Source: an uncultured cyanobacterium
Lineage (GTDB): Bacteria; Cyanobacteriota; Cyanobacteriia; Cyanobacteriales; CAWCAG01
Reading direction: 5' to 3'
Assembly: GCA_963803805.1 (NCBI GenBank)
Contig: CAWDOD010000010.1
Coordinates: 256,001-320,000 of the forward strand
DNA length: 64,000 nt
Shown here: piece after piece, positions 1 through 10,223 of the stretch
How the letters are laid out: each line of letters begins with the position of its first letter
Numbering within the stretch: position 1 is the first letter of the stretch
Program-made: the position numbers and the translations under genes
The notes under the pieces: generated by a model
Seen by the model: only the letters and a program-made list of their open reading frames with translations
The model's database searches: none
What the model was told of the DNA's origin: nothing

Positions 1-563
1 CATTTATCTTGAAATTGGTTAGGACAACTTTCATAGCCCAACGTTTTCTGCATCACTTCACTCTTGTACATAGTACAAGCATTGCCCCAAACCCCATGAA
101 TAATCGTATTAAATCCTTGGGCGCGATAGTAACGAACTCTTTCTCTGATCATTTCTTCGCTAGCATTATTAGTAACTTGATAGCGACTTAAATAGATGCC
201 TCTAATCGCTTTTTTTTGCCAAGGAGTTTGCGGTATTGCTGTTGTTTTAAGGGCTGTTTGTTCAGGAGAAGGAGAATTTGTTTGTTGTGGGGATTGAGGT
301 GTAGTGACGGGAGAAATTGGTTGCTGATTGGATTGAGGAATTGGTGCTTTTGGTAAAGTAGTTGTTGGAGAAATTGCTGCTTCCGGGCTAGGAGAATTTA
401 CAAAAGGAATGTTGTCTGGCAAATTGCTTGATAAAAACTTATTTATGCCTAAACTTTCTCTTTGGGTAAATAGGAAATATCCCCCTGCTAACATAACCAG
501 AATCAGAGAAAAAGGGATACTTGAACAGCCACATCCCTTTGGTTCTTTTTTGTTGAGTGACAT
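1..563 (-). CDS. Glycoside hydrolase family 10-like (GHL10/DUF187) protein with N-terminal membrane anchor; runs off the window start
   Basis: Not in ORF track. ATG at 563 on minus strand, read by hand: MSLNKKEPKGCGCSSIPFSLILVMLAGGYFLF, Pro/Gln/Thr-rich linker, then WQKKAIRGIYLSRY...RVRYYRAQGFNTIIHGVWGN, resembling the GHL10 N-terminal strands; open to position 1. Confidence 0.7.
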   Translation of the reverse strand, partial: MSLNKKEPKGCGCSSIPFSLILVMLAGGYFLFTQRESLGINKFLSSNLPDNIPFVNSPSPEAAISPTTTLPKAPIPQSNQQPISPVTTPQSPQQTNSPSPEQTALKTTAIPQTPWQKKAIRGIYLSRYQVTNNASEEMIRERVRYYRAQGFNTIIHGVWGNACTMYKSEVMQKTLGYESCPNQFQDK

Positions 564-709
564 AATTAGGTAATAGCTAAAGAATATTTGAGGATGCGGT
601 TAATTCTTTAATACAAGTATAACTTAAGTTTCTTCATGTCTTTATAGTGATTGCTATGGTACATAATATCTACTTCAACAGCTTTAACTCAATTTCCGCA
701 GTTCCAGCA

Positions 710-752
710 AAATGAACAAGAAATGAACAGTTATTGACCTGGAAAACGAACA
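710..752 (+). promoter_or_regulatory. Phased direct repeats AAATGAACA / AAATGAACA / AAACGAACA upstream of the ferritin-like gene; candidate activator sites
   Basis: Copies at 710-718, 721-729 and 744-752 (spacing 11 and 23 bp). Confidence 0.4.
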
Positions 753-803
753 TTCCTCTTTTTAAAATGAAGTTAAGTAAATATTTACAACAAGGAAAAA
801 ACT

Positions 804-1454
804 TTGACTAATCCAGAACAAAAAGCCTTAATTGCTTCGCCACAAAGACGCAAATTCTTAAAACTTGGTGTGCTGACTGGGGCAACTAGTGCTTTCGCCT
901 TAGCGGCTGATAAAGTAATGGCTGCGGGCAAACCTAGCCGGGAAGCTGATGTAGAAATCCTTAACGGCGCAATCATGCTTGAGCAAAAAGCTATTAACAC
1001 CTATGTAGCGGCGGCTGAGAATAATTTGTTACCAACCAAAGCTTTCTTAGACGTGGCTGTACAATTTGCCGGAGATCATACCGAACATCGCGATCGCCTT
1101 AAAGATATTGTCTCAGGGGTATTTAAAGTAGAGCCGATGTCCACTGAAAATCTGGGTACTTTCCCCATTCCTGCCAATGTCTTAAATGGTAGTGAAGCTG
1201 ATGTACTAAGGTATGCTCTCACCCTAGAAATGCTTGCTTCTAAAAGTTACTTCGACTTCATCACCAAGGGGCTTACCTCCGAAGGAGCCAAGAATGTTGT
1301 TGCTAGCATCTTACCAATCGAAAATCAACACGTCGCTGTTTATCGCTCTGTATTACTAGTTCTGCTCAATGAACCTGCACTACCAGGAGATGATAAACTA
1401 GTCCCCTATCCTTTCTTAAATCAGCAACCAACTCCTCCTGTACCAGAAGCTTAG
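804..1454 (+). CDS. Tat-exported ferritin-like domain protein
   Basis: RRKFLK twin-arginine motif plus hydrophobic stretch; diiron-type helices LEQKAINTY, DHTEHRD, LEMLASKSY, IENQH. Confidence 0.75.
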   Translation: MTNPEQKALIASPQRRKFLKLGVLTGATSAFALAADKVMAAGKPSREADVEILNGAIMLEQKAINTYVAAAENNLLPTKAFLDVAVQFAGDHTEHRDRLKDIVSGVFKVEPMSTENLGTFPIPANVLNGSEADVLRYALTLEMLASKSYFDFITKGLTSEGAKNVVASILPIENQHVAVYRSVLLVLLNEPALPGDDKLVPYPFLNQQPTPPVPEA

Positions 1455-1458
1455 GTTA

Positions 1459-3555
1459 TTATAAATCTGTTCCCTGAATTTCTTGTTGCCACAAAATATC
1501 TGCTACTCGGATTATGCCATTCTTCAAATGACGGCGAAAAGTACTAAAGGGTATATCTAGGGACTCGGCAGCTTGTTCTTGGGTAGGTGCAGGTTCAAGG
1601 TAGGTTTGGTAAAGCGCTCGATAGTATTTAGCATGGCGAGGTGAGGAAAGTAAGGACTTTGCTGCATCCTCAACCAACCTCTGTAAGGTGGCAATTTGCT
1701 CTGCTTGATGTGCTTCTACTATTACCTTCTTCCTCACCAAACGCGACTGTAGTAAGGGGTTGCTATTTAGATCATTGGGACAAGTAAAATAGCGCAGGGC
1801 ATTCCATACCGCTTCTTTGAACTCAGCTTCACTCAAAACAACCAAGGGAGAGCTTACTTGAGAAGAGGAGATGGCTTGATCTGAGGCAGCAATTTCTCTT
1901 TGTGCCAAAAGTTCTTGCCATGCTTTAGCTGGTAGTACTCGCCAGTCGTGACCATAAATTCCGTAACATTGCTTTCCTATCTGAAAATCTGCTTCAGCAA
2001 TTCTGGTTAAGTCAGCATAAGCAAACATAGCTGCCCAGTCATCTGGTTCAGCACAAAGGAAGAAGCTGAAGGCTAATCCGGGGTCATTGCGGTGATATTG
2101 TATAAAGTTGATAAAAATGAGGCTTTGTACAGGAGAAACATCTTGATAGCTGTCCTGAGCCATCCAGAAACGAAAAAACGTAGCCCCTTCTCCTGAACGC
2201 AGGGGAGCATTTTTTTGTAGATACTGCCAAGCTTTATGGGTGGCTGGATCTGCCTTTAAGTCTTGGTCACTAGCTTGGTGTAAAGCGACTGTGAGCATAA
2301 ACCCGGCTAGGTGCTGTTTCTCATCGCGAAATACCCTTACACCTTGGGGTTGCAGTTTGAGCCAATGGGCAGCAATTTGAGCTGATTGAGAACCTTCATG
2401 CTTGTTTACCATAGCTAACAAAGCCTCCCTATCCCCTTTCCCTAGACTATCAGTGGTGAGGTCACTATTTTCTTGCCAAGTAAACCTTGGTTTGACGGCT
2501 GGATTGTCCCGGTGCAGGAAAATGTAGTCGAAGAGGTGGCGATGTTGTTCTTGCCCTTGAGTTTGCCCCAGACGCATTGTATAGTAGTTACGGGCGCGTT
2601 TATGAAGCTCACTGTACCAATCTGGATTACGCCAACGCAAGTCTGCCACCAAGACATCTCGAACTAAATCGTGAGGAAACAAACCCACAGGGGCAGGTTC
2701 TATAAATGATAAGCTACGCAACCAAGTAAATAGTTCGTGGGTATCAGCTTTTCCTAGCATCTGGGCTAGTAAAGTTTCGGTCACTGAACGGACTAAAGTA
2801 CAGGCTTCTAAGGCCTGACGATGAGTTCTACTAGGAACTTCTTGGACGAATTTTTCTAGCAATGCCTTAATAATATCTGGCATCGTTTCAGGTTGTAAAG
2901 TAAGTTTTTGACCTTGGGCCAAAACATCCCCTACTAAAGATAAAGCCAGAGGATGACCATGGGTAAAGTCGAGAATCCTTTGGTGTTGAGTTTTGGGTAT
3001 ATTGTGTTTAGCCAGGTATAGACAACTCTCTTCTGGTGAAAAATTGCGTAGAGGGAAAAAGTGAGTTAAAGTTTGCCAGCCAGGATCTGTATACCAAGGA
3101 ACCCCAGGAGAATGGCGGCTAGATATAACCATTAAAACCTTTTCTGGTAACTGGGGGAGAAAAACTTCCCGCAACCATTCATCCAGGTAAGTCAAGGTTT
3201 CATAGGTATCAAGTAAAATAACTTGGTTAGTTGGGTGATTAGCTAATGCCTGCAAGGGGGATTCCAAAGGCTGTAAATTCATCACAAAACGCAACCCCTT
3301 GAGAAAAGATTCAGGAGTAGCTTCGAGGTTGCGAGTATCTAAGTAAAAAGACTGGATTTGAGACTGTTGACAGATGAGGATAAACTCTCTGAGGAGAGTG
3401 GTTTTGCCAATGCCCCCTGGTCCGAAAATATGCAAAATATGAAAAGGTAATTTCGGTTTGGTGATCGCCTCTACAAATTTTTTCAACTCCTCTTTACGAC
3501 CAACAAAGTGGTGATGCCGTGCCAATTTCAAATGTTCTTCTAGGGGAAATGTCAT
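1459..3555 (-). CDS. AAA/STAND-type ATP-binding protein with C-terminal HTH; putative transcriptional regulator
   Basis: FVGRKEEL, Walker A GPGGIGKT, Walker B LLDTYE, GHPLAL motif, C-terminal TQEQAAESLDIPFSTFRRHL helix-turn-helix. Confidence 0.8.
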   Translation of the reverse strand: MTFPLEEHLKLARHHHFVGRKEELKKFVEAITKPKLPFHILHIFGPGGIGKTTLLREFILICQQSQIQSFYLDTRNLEATPESFLKGLRFVMNLQPLESPLQALANHPTNQVILLDTYETLTYLDEWLREVFLPQLPEKVLMVISSRHSPGVPWYTDPGWQTLTHFFPLRNFSPEESCLYLAKHNIPKTQHQRILDFTHGHPLALSLVGDVLAQGQKLTLQPETMPDIIKALLEKFVQEVPSRTHRQALEACTLVRSVTETLLAQMLGKADTHELFTWLRSLSFIEPAPVGLFPHDLVRDVLVADLRWRNPDWYSELHKRARNYYTMRLGQTQGQEQHRHLFDYIFLHRDNPAVKPRFTWQENSDLTTDSLGKGDREALLAMVNKHEGSQSAQIAAHWLKLQPQGVRVFRDEKQHLAGFMLTVALHQASDQDLKADPATHKAWQYLQKNAPLRSGEGATFFRFWMAQDSYQDVSPVQSLIFINFIQYHRNDPGLAFSFFLCAEPDDWAAMFAYADLTRIAEADFQIGKQCYGIYGHDWRVLPAKAWQELLAQREIAASDQAISSSQVSSPLVVLSEAEFKEAVWNALRYFTCPNDLNSNPLLQSRLVRKKVIVEAHQAEQIATLQRLVEDAAKSLLSSPRHAKYYRALYQTYLEPAPTQEQAAESLDIPFSTFRRHLKNGIIRVADILWQQEIQGTDL

Positions 3556-3731
3556 TGAGGATTATCTCTAATTTTCGGCAGAATTACTTAATCTTATAAG
3601 GTAACTGTCTGCCAAAATTCTGTCTAGGCGGCAATCTCTCCAGATTTTATAGCGAAGTTATATTAAATTCATTACGGTCAAGAATATTTTAGTTACAATT
3701 GCCCTTAAGTAGCGACAGGGATACCAAGAAA

Positions 3732-5441
3732 ATGATAGCTAATTTTCGAGACGTATTTAGGGAAGGCAACCCACAATTAATCAGGGAGCTGAAAGGAAAA
3801 CTAAAACCTGTTAATATGGCCATCGCCGTAGTAACTTCTCTATTTGGTCAATTTTTACTTTATTTATTTTTCCAAAAACTTTTACCAAATCCCCCTGGTT
3901 CCCTAGAAAAATTCAATCGTTATTGTCAGGGGAACGCACCAGACTTTTTAAATTATCATAGTTCTCCACACTGTACTATAGATAGCTTAGGTAACTTAGC
4001 TATTAACAGCCAGCTTTGGTGGTTAGATATGTTCATCTGCACCAGCATTCTTAGCATCTTTGCCCTGTGGCTAGGGGGAACTTATCTGTTGATCCGAGAC
4101 TTATCTCAAGAAGAGAGTCGGGGGACTTTAGGATTTATTCGCCTCTCTCCTCAACCCGCAGCAGGAATCTTAATGGGTAAGATGCTAGGAGTCCCCAGCT
4201 TACTATACTTATTTTGCGCCCTTGCCTTGCCCCTCAACTTTTATGCGGCACTACAAGCGAACATTCCCCCCCTTCTCATTGCCTCTTTCTATACAGTCTT
4301 AGCAGTTAGTTGTATATTCATCTACACCGCAGCTTTACTCTTTGCTTTAGTCAGTAACAAATTGGCAGTATTTTCCCCTTGGATTGGTAGCGGTATCGTT
4401 TTCGCCTTACTAGTCATCCCTAACTCCTTCTTTTTCTTTTCCCTCGGATATGCTGATGCATTAGCTATTACCCATACACCCTTTGATTGGTTTATGGTTT
4501 TTTATCCTGGTATCTTGCTACCTCACCTAGTTGAAGCAACTTCCTTAGCCTCAGCCTATAATTACTTTAATGTTGCCTACTTAACTCAATTAGAATGGTA
4601 CGGAATGCCTTTATGGAGTCATGGGGGAACAACAATAGCCTTTGTTTTAGCTAACTATCTTTTGTGGACAAATTGGCTGTGGCAAGGACTCAAACGCCGT
4701 TTCCACAACCCAACAAAAGCCTTAATCACCAGAAGACAAAGCTATTGGTTATCAGGTAGTTTCATCGTCACCATCATCGGCTTTGTCCCCCAACAACCGG
4801 AATTTGGTACTTACCAAGATGCCTTGTTTGAAAATTTCGGCTTTGTGATGGGGCTAACCTTAATTCTCTTCCTAGCTTTAATTCCGACCTTAAGTCCTCA
4901 ACGTCAAACCCTCCAAGATTGGGCTAGTTATCGCTACAAAAGTAAATATGATCGTTGGAGTTTGTGGAAAGATTTGGTTTGGGGAGAAAAAAGTCCGGCT
5001 ACAGTTGCGATCGCCCTTAATCTTTTTACCGCCACAGCCGTAATCTTGCCTGGAATCTTCATGCTACCCTTACAAGAATACAAACTGCCGGTTTTCTTCG
5101 GGATGTTATTTACCGCCAGTTTAATTTTGCTTTACGCTTGCATCTTCCAGTTAGCATTGCTCATGAAACGTCCTCAACATGGCATCTGGTTAGCAATGGC
5201 CGTCTTTGTCTCCACCATCTTACCTTTTATGACTTGGTGGCTACTTAAACTCAACCCCCATGCTGTACCAGGATTAGGCTTTTTCACCTTCGGCGCAACC
5301 ACAGCCATAGAATATACCCAAATTACAACTTTATGCTTCTCCCTACTTTTCCCCTGGTTAAGCATCGCCTTAGTTTCTTGGCAAACCAAACGTCAATTAC
5401 AAAAAGTGGGAGAGTCGGAAACGAAGGCTTTGTTAACTTGA
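3732..5441 (+). CDS. Multi-pass membrane protein, ABC-2 permease-like
   Basis: NPQLIRELKGKL and EESRGTLGFIRLSPQ...ILMGK motifs, many TM segments; ATG at 3732 preferred over TTG at 3699. Confidence 0.7.
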   Translation: MIANFRDVFREGNPQLIRELKGKLKPVNMAIAVVTSLFGQFLLYLFFQKLLPNPPGSLEKFNRYCQGNAPDFLNYHSSPHCTIDSLGNLAINSQLWWLDMFICTSILSIFALWLGGTYLLIRDLSQEESRGTLGFIRLSPQPAAGILMGKMLGVPSLLYLFCALALPLNFYAALQANIPPLLIASFYTVLAVSCIFIYTAALLFALVSNKLAVFSPWIGSGIVFALLVIPNSFFFFSLGYADALAITHTPFDWFMVFYPGILLPHLVEATSLASAYNYFNVAYLTQLEWYGMPLWSHGGTTIAFVLANYLLWTNWLWQGLKRRFHNPTKALITRRQSYWLSGSFIVTIIGFVPQQPEFGTYQDALFENFGFVMGLTLILFLALIPTLSPQRQTLQDWASYRYKSKYDRWSLWKDLVWGEKSPATVAIALNLFTATAVILPGIFMLPLQEYKLPVFFGMLFTASLILLYACIFQLALLMKRPQHGIWLAMAVFVSTILPFMTWWLLKLNPHAVPGLGFFTFGATTAIEYTQITTLCFSLLFPWLSIALVSWQTKRQLQKVGESETKALLT

Positions 5442-5445
5442 ATTG

Positions 5446-5480
5446 ACCTCTCCCCAACCCCTCTCCTAGCAAGAGAGGGG
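5446..5480. repeat. Short palindromic REP-like element CCTCTCCCCAACCCCTCTCCTAGCAAGAGAGGGG
   Basis: CCCCTCTC...GAGAGGGG stem just after the stop codon; resembles a common cyanobacterial dispersed repeat. Confidence 0.5.
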
Positions 5481-5490
5481 CTTAACATTG

Positions 5491-5648
5491 GGGAGCATCT
5501 CAAATTGGTAAATACAGGCTTTAGCCGTCAACTTGATATTAGCTTCACTGAAGCAGCAAGAAATGTATTCTTAAAGCTAACAGCTAACAGCTAATAGCTA
5601 ATAGCTAACTTCACAGACAAACTATTTCTGCAAAACTGAGATGCTCCC
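5491..5648. mobile_element. MITE (158 bp) with terminal inverted repeats and 8-bp target-site duplication
   Basis: GGGAGCATCTCA (5491-5502) / TGAGATGCTCCC (5637-5648), flanked by TAACATTG at 5483-5490 and 5649-5656; no coding capacity; internal (TAACAGC/TAATAGC)n. Confidence 0.85.
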
Positions 5649-5682
5649 TAACATTGTTAGTGTTTTTGGAGATATCTATTGA

Positions 5683-7367
5683 TTACTGCCACCCATTACG
5701 AGATTTAGCAATTCTCATACTCAAAAAAATCACCGGAATAATTCCTACTAAGACAATAGCTAAAGCTGGTGCAGATGCTTCTATTAACCTTTCATCAGAA
5801 GCATATTGATATACTTGCACTGCTAGGGTATCAAAATTAAAAGGACGCATTAATAAAGTTGCCGGTAACTCCTTCATCACATCCACAAATACTAACATCA
5901 CCGCCGTTAACATTCCCCCTAACATCAAGGGGGCATGAACTTTAACCAAAGTGCTGCTGGGACTATGACCCAAACTTCTGGCTGCATCATCTAAGCTGGG
6001 TTTAATCTTAGTTAAGCTAGATTCTACTGTATTGAAAGAAACAGCTAGGAAACGTACCAAATAGGCAAAGATTAAGGCCATAATTGTTCCTGTCAATAAT
6101 AACCCTGTGGAAATACCAAACATTGCTTCCATGCGACTATCTAACCAATTGTCAAACTGGGCTAAGGGAATCACTACACCCACGGCAATTACAGATCCAG
6201 GAATAGCATAACCCATAGAAGCAATGCGAACCGCTGAGTTCATGGTTATGTTACTATTGAGTCTGTGGCCATAGGCGATAATCAACGCAACTATGACAGC
6301 AACCCCAGCAGTAAGGGTGGCGAGGATGAAGCTATGGAAAGCTAATTGCCAAAAGTCTTGGTCAAGGGTTTCGGCCGCGTTTTCCCAGGTCATTTGCAAC
6401 AGTAGCCCTGCTGGAAGTATAAAACCGAGGGTTACAGGTAATAAACAAGTTAACCCCCCTAGAAGGCTACGCACTCCCTTTAACTGATAGGGATCGCAGG
6501 ATTGATGGGCATGACCCAAATCATAATAACGGGCTTGACGGCGAAACCATCTTTCTAAGGCAATCAGCATCAGCACAAACAGCATTAAAAAAGCCGCTAA
6601 TTGCGCGGCTGCCACAGGTTCACCCATACCTAACCAGGTACGATAGATACCGGTAGTGAAGGTGGTGACTCCGAAGTAATCTACAGTGCCGAAGTCCCCT
6701 AAAGTTTCCATTAATGCTAAGGCTAAACCCCCCATAATCGCCGCCTTGCTAAGGGTAAGGCGACGGTAAAAAAGCTACGCCAAGGGCCTCTGCCCAGGCT
6801 ACGAGAAGCTTCTAAGGTACGTACTGATTGTTCTAGGAAGGCAACCCTAGCAATTAAATAAACGTAGGGATATAAAACTAAGAATAACATGATGATTGCT
6901 CCCCCCAAAGAACGTACCGGAGGAAACCAATAGTCTTGTACACTTTGCCAACCAAAAGCATTCCTTAACCATGTCTGCACTGGGCCATAATAGTCTAGTA
7001 ATTCTGTGTAGGTATAAGCCAATAGGTATGCAGGTATGGCTAAGGGCAGTAATAATGCCCATTCAAAAATCTTACTGCCAGGAAAACGACAGGCGGTTAC
7101 TAGCCAAGCAGTACTAACCCCAATTAGTAAAACTCCGACCCCAACCCCCAACATTAAGCTGAGAGAATTGAGAATATAACCTGATAAAACTGTAGCTGCT
7201 AGATGAGTCCAAATTTCCTTAGCATCAGAGAATATACTACTTAAAACAAAAATAATTGGAGTGGCAATTAGTAGGGCGATCACCGTCACAAAAATAGTCC
7301 AGCCTTGTAAAACCTTGAGAAAAAAAGCTTTAAGGGATAATGGTTTTGCCAAGGAAAATGAAGACAC
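5683..7367 (-). pseudogene. futB: Fe(III) ABC transporter permease FutB, split by a 1-bp deletion (real or assembly error)
   Basis: ORFs 6723-7367 and 5683-6735 are the two halves; adding one C near 6742 (AGG C[C]G GCG ATT ATG) restores VALPLARPAIMGGLALALMETL; both EAA loops present. Confidence 0.85.
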
Positions 7368-7401
7368 TTTGACTTAAGCTCCAAAATGGGTTACAAGTTC
7401 T

Positions 7402-7420
7402 AATTAGGAATTAATCTCAA
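7402..7420. promoter_or_regulatory. Putative Fur box between divergent futB and futC
   Basis: AATTAGGAATTAATCTCAA resembles the AT-rich cyanobacterial Fur palindrome and lies just upstream of an iron permease gene. Confidence 0.5.
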
Positions 7421-7593
7421 GAAATACTTTACTATAAAAATCAGTAAAGGGCTAGATCAAAAGCTGCGTTTCTGATTCAACTAGTTGTTATCACTTAGTT
7501 ATCGTCACGCATTTTTTAGCCAAGATTTTGTTCAGGTCAGACAACTGCATTGCTTCATGTAACCCAAAATTGATAGCTTTTTTAGTTTAGAAT

Positions 7594-8670
7594 ATGGTAA
7601 TGACTGCACCTGTAATTTTGCACCTAGAAAAAGTAACCAAATACTTTCCTCGTTCTAGTTCCCCTGCTGTAGATAACGTGACTTTAAGTTTGCAAGAGGG
7701 GGAGTTATTGAGTTTTTTAGGCCCTTCCGGTTGCGGCAAAACAACTTTATTACGCATTGTTGCTGGATTTGAAGAACCCCAAACTGGCATAGTCAATTTA
7801 GCAGGACAAGTGGTTGCAGGAGAGGGAAAATGGGTTTCTCCGGAAAAACGAGATGTGGGGATGGTTTTCCAAGATTATGCTCTTTTCCCCCACTTAAATG
7901 TCGGAAAAAATATTGCTTTTGGTTTAATTAATTCCGGTAATGGTTTAAGCAGAGATACCAACAAGCGGGTAGGAGAAGTACTGAGGTTAGTTGGTTTAGA
8001 AGGTTTGGAGAAGCGTTATCCCCATGAATTATCTGGTGGGCAACAACAAAGGGTAGCTTTAGCGAGGGCGATCGCTCCCCGTCCTGCTTTAGTATTATTA
8101 GATGAACCTCTTTCTAACTTAGACGTGCAAGTTCGTTTACGCCTGCGTCAAGAACTACGAGAGATTATTAAAGCGGCGGGTACATCAGCAATTTTTGTTA
8201 CCCATGATCAAGAAGAAGCACTGTCTATTTCTGATCGCCTAGTGGTGATGCAAAATGGTCGTTTAGAGCAGTATGGCACTCCTGAACAGGTCTATCAAGA
8301 ACCTGCTACTCGTTTTGTTGCGGAGTTTGTCACCCAAGCTAATTTTATTCTCGCAGAACGCCAGGGGAGTTTTTGGCAGACAGAAATTGGTGATTTTCCT
8401 TGTCGTAAAGATCATTCTTTTAATCAAGGTGAATTAATGATTCGCCAAGAAGATTTAAAGTTAATACCAAAAGAAACAGGAAGTTTGTTAATCTGCGATC
8501 GCCAATTCCTGGGGCGAGAACATCGCTACGACTTGCAAACTCCCTCCGGAAAAAGAATTAGCGCCCGTACCACTGTTGGTAAGGTTTTACCTGTAGGTAC
8601 AAGGGTAGAAGTCTCTGTGGCAGCAGCTAATTTAAGGGTTTTTCCCTTGAATAATTTTTCTGTTGTATGA
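7594..8670 (+). CDS. futC: Fe(III) ABC transporter ATP-binding protein FutC
   Basis: GPSGCGKT, LSGGQQQR, LLDEP, C-terminal TOBE-like region; divergent from futB. Confidence 0.85.
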   Translation: MVMTAPVILHLEKVTKYFPRSSSPAVDNVTLSLQEGELLSFLGPSGCGKTTLLRIVAGFEEPQTGIVNLAGQVVAGEGKWVSPEKRDVGMVFQDYALFPHLNVGKNIAFGLINSGNGLSRDTNKRVGEVLRLVGLEGLEKRYPHELSGGQQQRVALARAIAPRPALVLLDEPLSNLDVQVRLRLRQELREIIKAAGTSAIFVTHDQEEALSISDRLVVMQNGRLEQYGTPEQVYQEPATRFVAEFVTQANFILAERQGSFWQTEIGDFPCRKDHSFNQGELMIRQEDLKLIPKETGSLLICDRQFLGREHRYDLQTPSGKRISARTTVGKVLPVGTRVEVSVAAANLRVFPLNNFSVV

Positions 8671-8785
8671 CTTAAGAGTTAATTGATTCAGTATTTCTCC
8701 ACTCCACTTGTTTACTTGTTATAGATGTTTCAGTTAAGGCTAAGTTTATAGAATTAAATTTGTCAATGTTATTAAAGGAAAAATC

Positions 8786-9010
8786 ATGAGTGATTATACT
8801 CCTGTAAGTTGCGAACTATACGATCGCCTAGAAGCTACAGCAACACTAAAAAAAGAATGTCATTTGACCTATTTAGGTGAAAACAATAAATTGAGCGAAG
8901 TACAGGGTCAAATAGTAGATGTTTATGCTGCTGATGGTGCAGACTGGTGTAAGTTAAGCGATGGTACGGTGATTCGTCTTGATAGGATTAAACAATTACA
9001 GCCAGAATAA
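8786..9010 (+). CDS. Rof/YaeO-like (Rho-binding antiterminator family) small protein
   Basis: YTPVSCELYDRLE...IRLDRI matches the Rof pattern YQPINCDDYDNLE...LRLDKI; AAGGAA RBS upstream. Confidence 0.7.
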   Translation: MSDYTPVSCELYDRLEATATLKKECHLTYLGENNKLSEVQGQIVDVYAADGADWCKLSDGTVIRLDRIKQLQPE

Positions 9011-9090
9011 TTTTTCATCCTGTAACCAGAGTGAGAGTTGCAATGCCCTCACTTTACTCATCCATTGGAAATTGACAGACCACTAGGTAA

Positions 9091-9393
9091 ATGAATCCAA
9101 ATCACTGGTTGACAGTCTTAGTCTTTAGTGCGATCGCAGTAGTAATTCAGCTAGGGAGTGAAATAGTTTTGAGCCGTATTTTGTGTAAAAGTGTGGTGGT
9201 AATAATTGGAGTGCTTTATACGGTTTTTCGGATTGCGCAACTATGGTTGGGCTTGGAGTTAATAACTGATTCTCAGCCTTGGTTAGGTTTATTTTGGTTG
9301 GTTTTGCTATTTTGGGTAGGCAATATCATGATGCTGAGTACAATGGCAATTCCAAGCATCTTACCTCAAAGGCATAGTCAGAACGAAAGTTAA
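9091..9393 (+). CDS. Hypothetical small membrane protein
   Basis: Three hydrophobic segments, 100 aa, no recognisable motif. Confidence 0.45.
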   Translation: MNPNHWLTVLVFSAIAVVIQLGSEIVLSRILCKSVVVIIGVLYTVFRIAQLWLGLELITDSQPWLGLFWLVLLFWVGNIMMLSTMAIPSILPQRHSQNES

Positions 9394-9514
9394 AAGTCAT
9401 TGTCGTAAGCCTTCTCTCAGAGTAAGTCATTATTTACTTAATTGGTTTGTCTATATGTTTCCTGCTCCCGGATAAACTTGGGTGTTTTATTTTCTGGAGT
9501 TCCCTAAGAACTAC

Positions 9515-9892
9515 CTAACTAGATGGTGCTGACCGAGAAGTTCCTGCTAAAGGAGCTTGACAAGCAAAACCGGGGCCAACAAAATCAGAAGAGATCCAAC
9601 CTGGGGCGCTAACAGCATTACCCGCTAAGGTTTCGTACATGGAGATACGCAACCACTTCCAGTTAGGATCATCAATCGGTACGTTATTTCTTTCTTCTAC
9701 CCGCACGATACTATCCTTGGGGATATTGCCAACATCCCGAAAGGCCGTACCTGGACCAGAACGGATATTGAGAGGGCCTCTGGCTACTTCTATTTTGGCA
9801 CAATAAACAGCCATAGCTTCAGTAGCACCAACTACAACTGTAGCTAGAGAGAGCATGGTTGCTATGGCGAGAGATTTTGATAAATTACTCAT
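9515..9892 (-). CDS. Secreted SH3b-domain protein
   Basis: Signal peptide ending AMA; PLNIRSGPGT...GWISSDF SH3_3 motif; two Cys. Confidence 0.8.
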   Translation of the reverse strand: MSNLSKSLAIATMLSLATVVVGATEAMAVYCAKIEVARGPLNIRSGPGTAFRDVGNIPKDSIVRVEERNNVPIDDPNWKWLRISMYETLAGNAVSAPGWISSDFVGPGFACQAPLAGTSRSAPSS

Positions 9893-10223
9893 TATTCGGA
9901 AATAATTACTCGGAATATTGTTCTATTTATGTTTGGTCATTCTAAAGTTAGTATTCACCATAAGCAAGAAAGATTCCTGAATTTTTATGACGGTTTGAAA
10001 ATAAAAACGCCATTAAATAAATAAAAAAGCGAGGTGATACGGATATAGTCTACTGGATTATTCAGGGAATTCAGCAACAAAGATATCTCGATTACCTTGG
10101 CGATCGCTTGCCCCTGATTAGAGATATTTCAGAAATGTTTTAGGGGAAAGAAGCCAGAAAGCAGGAAGAGGCGCACTCTCTTAAAGTTACGCCCCCTAAA
10201 ATGTCTTGCTCCTATTTTAATTT

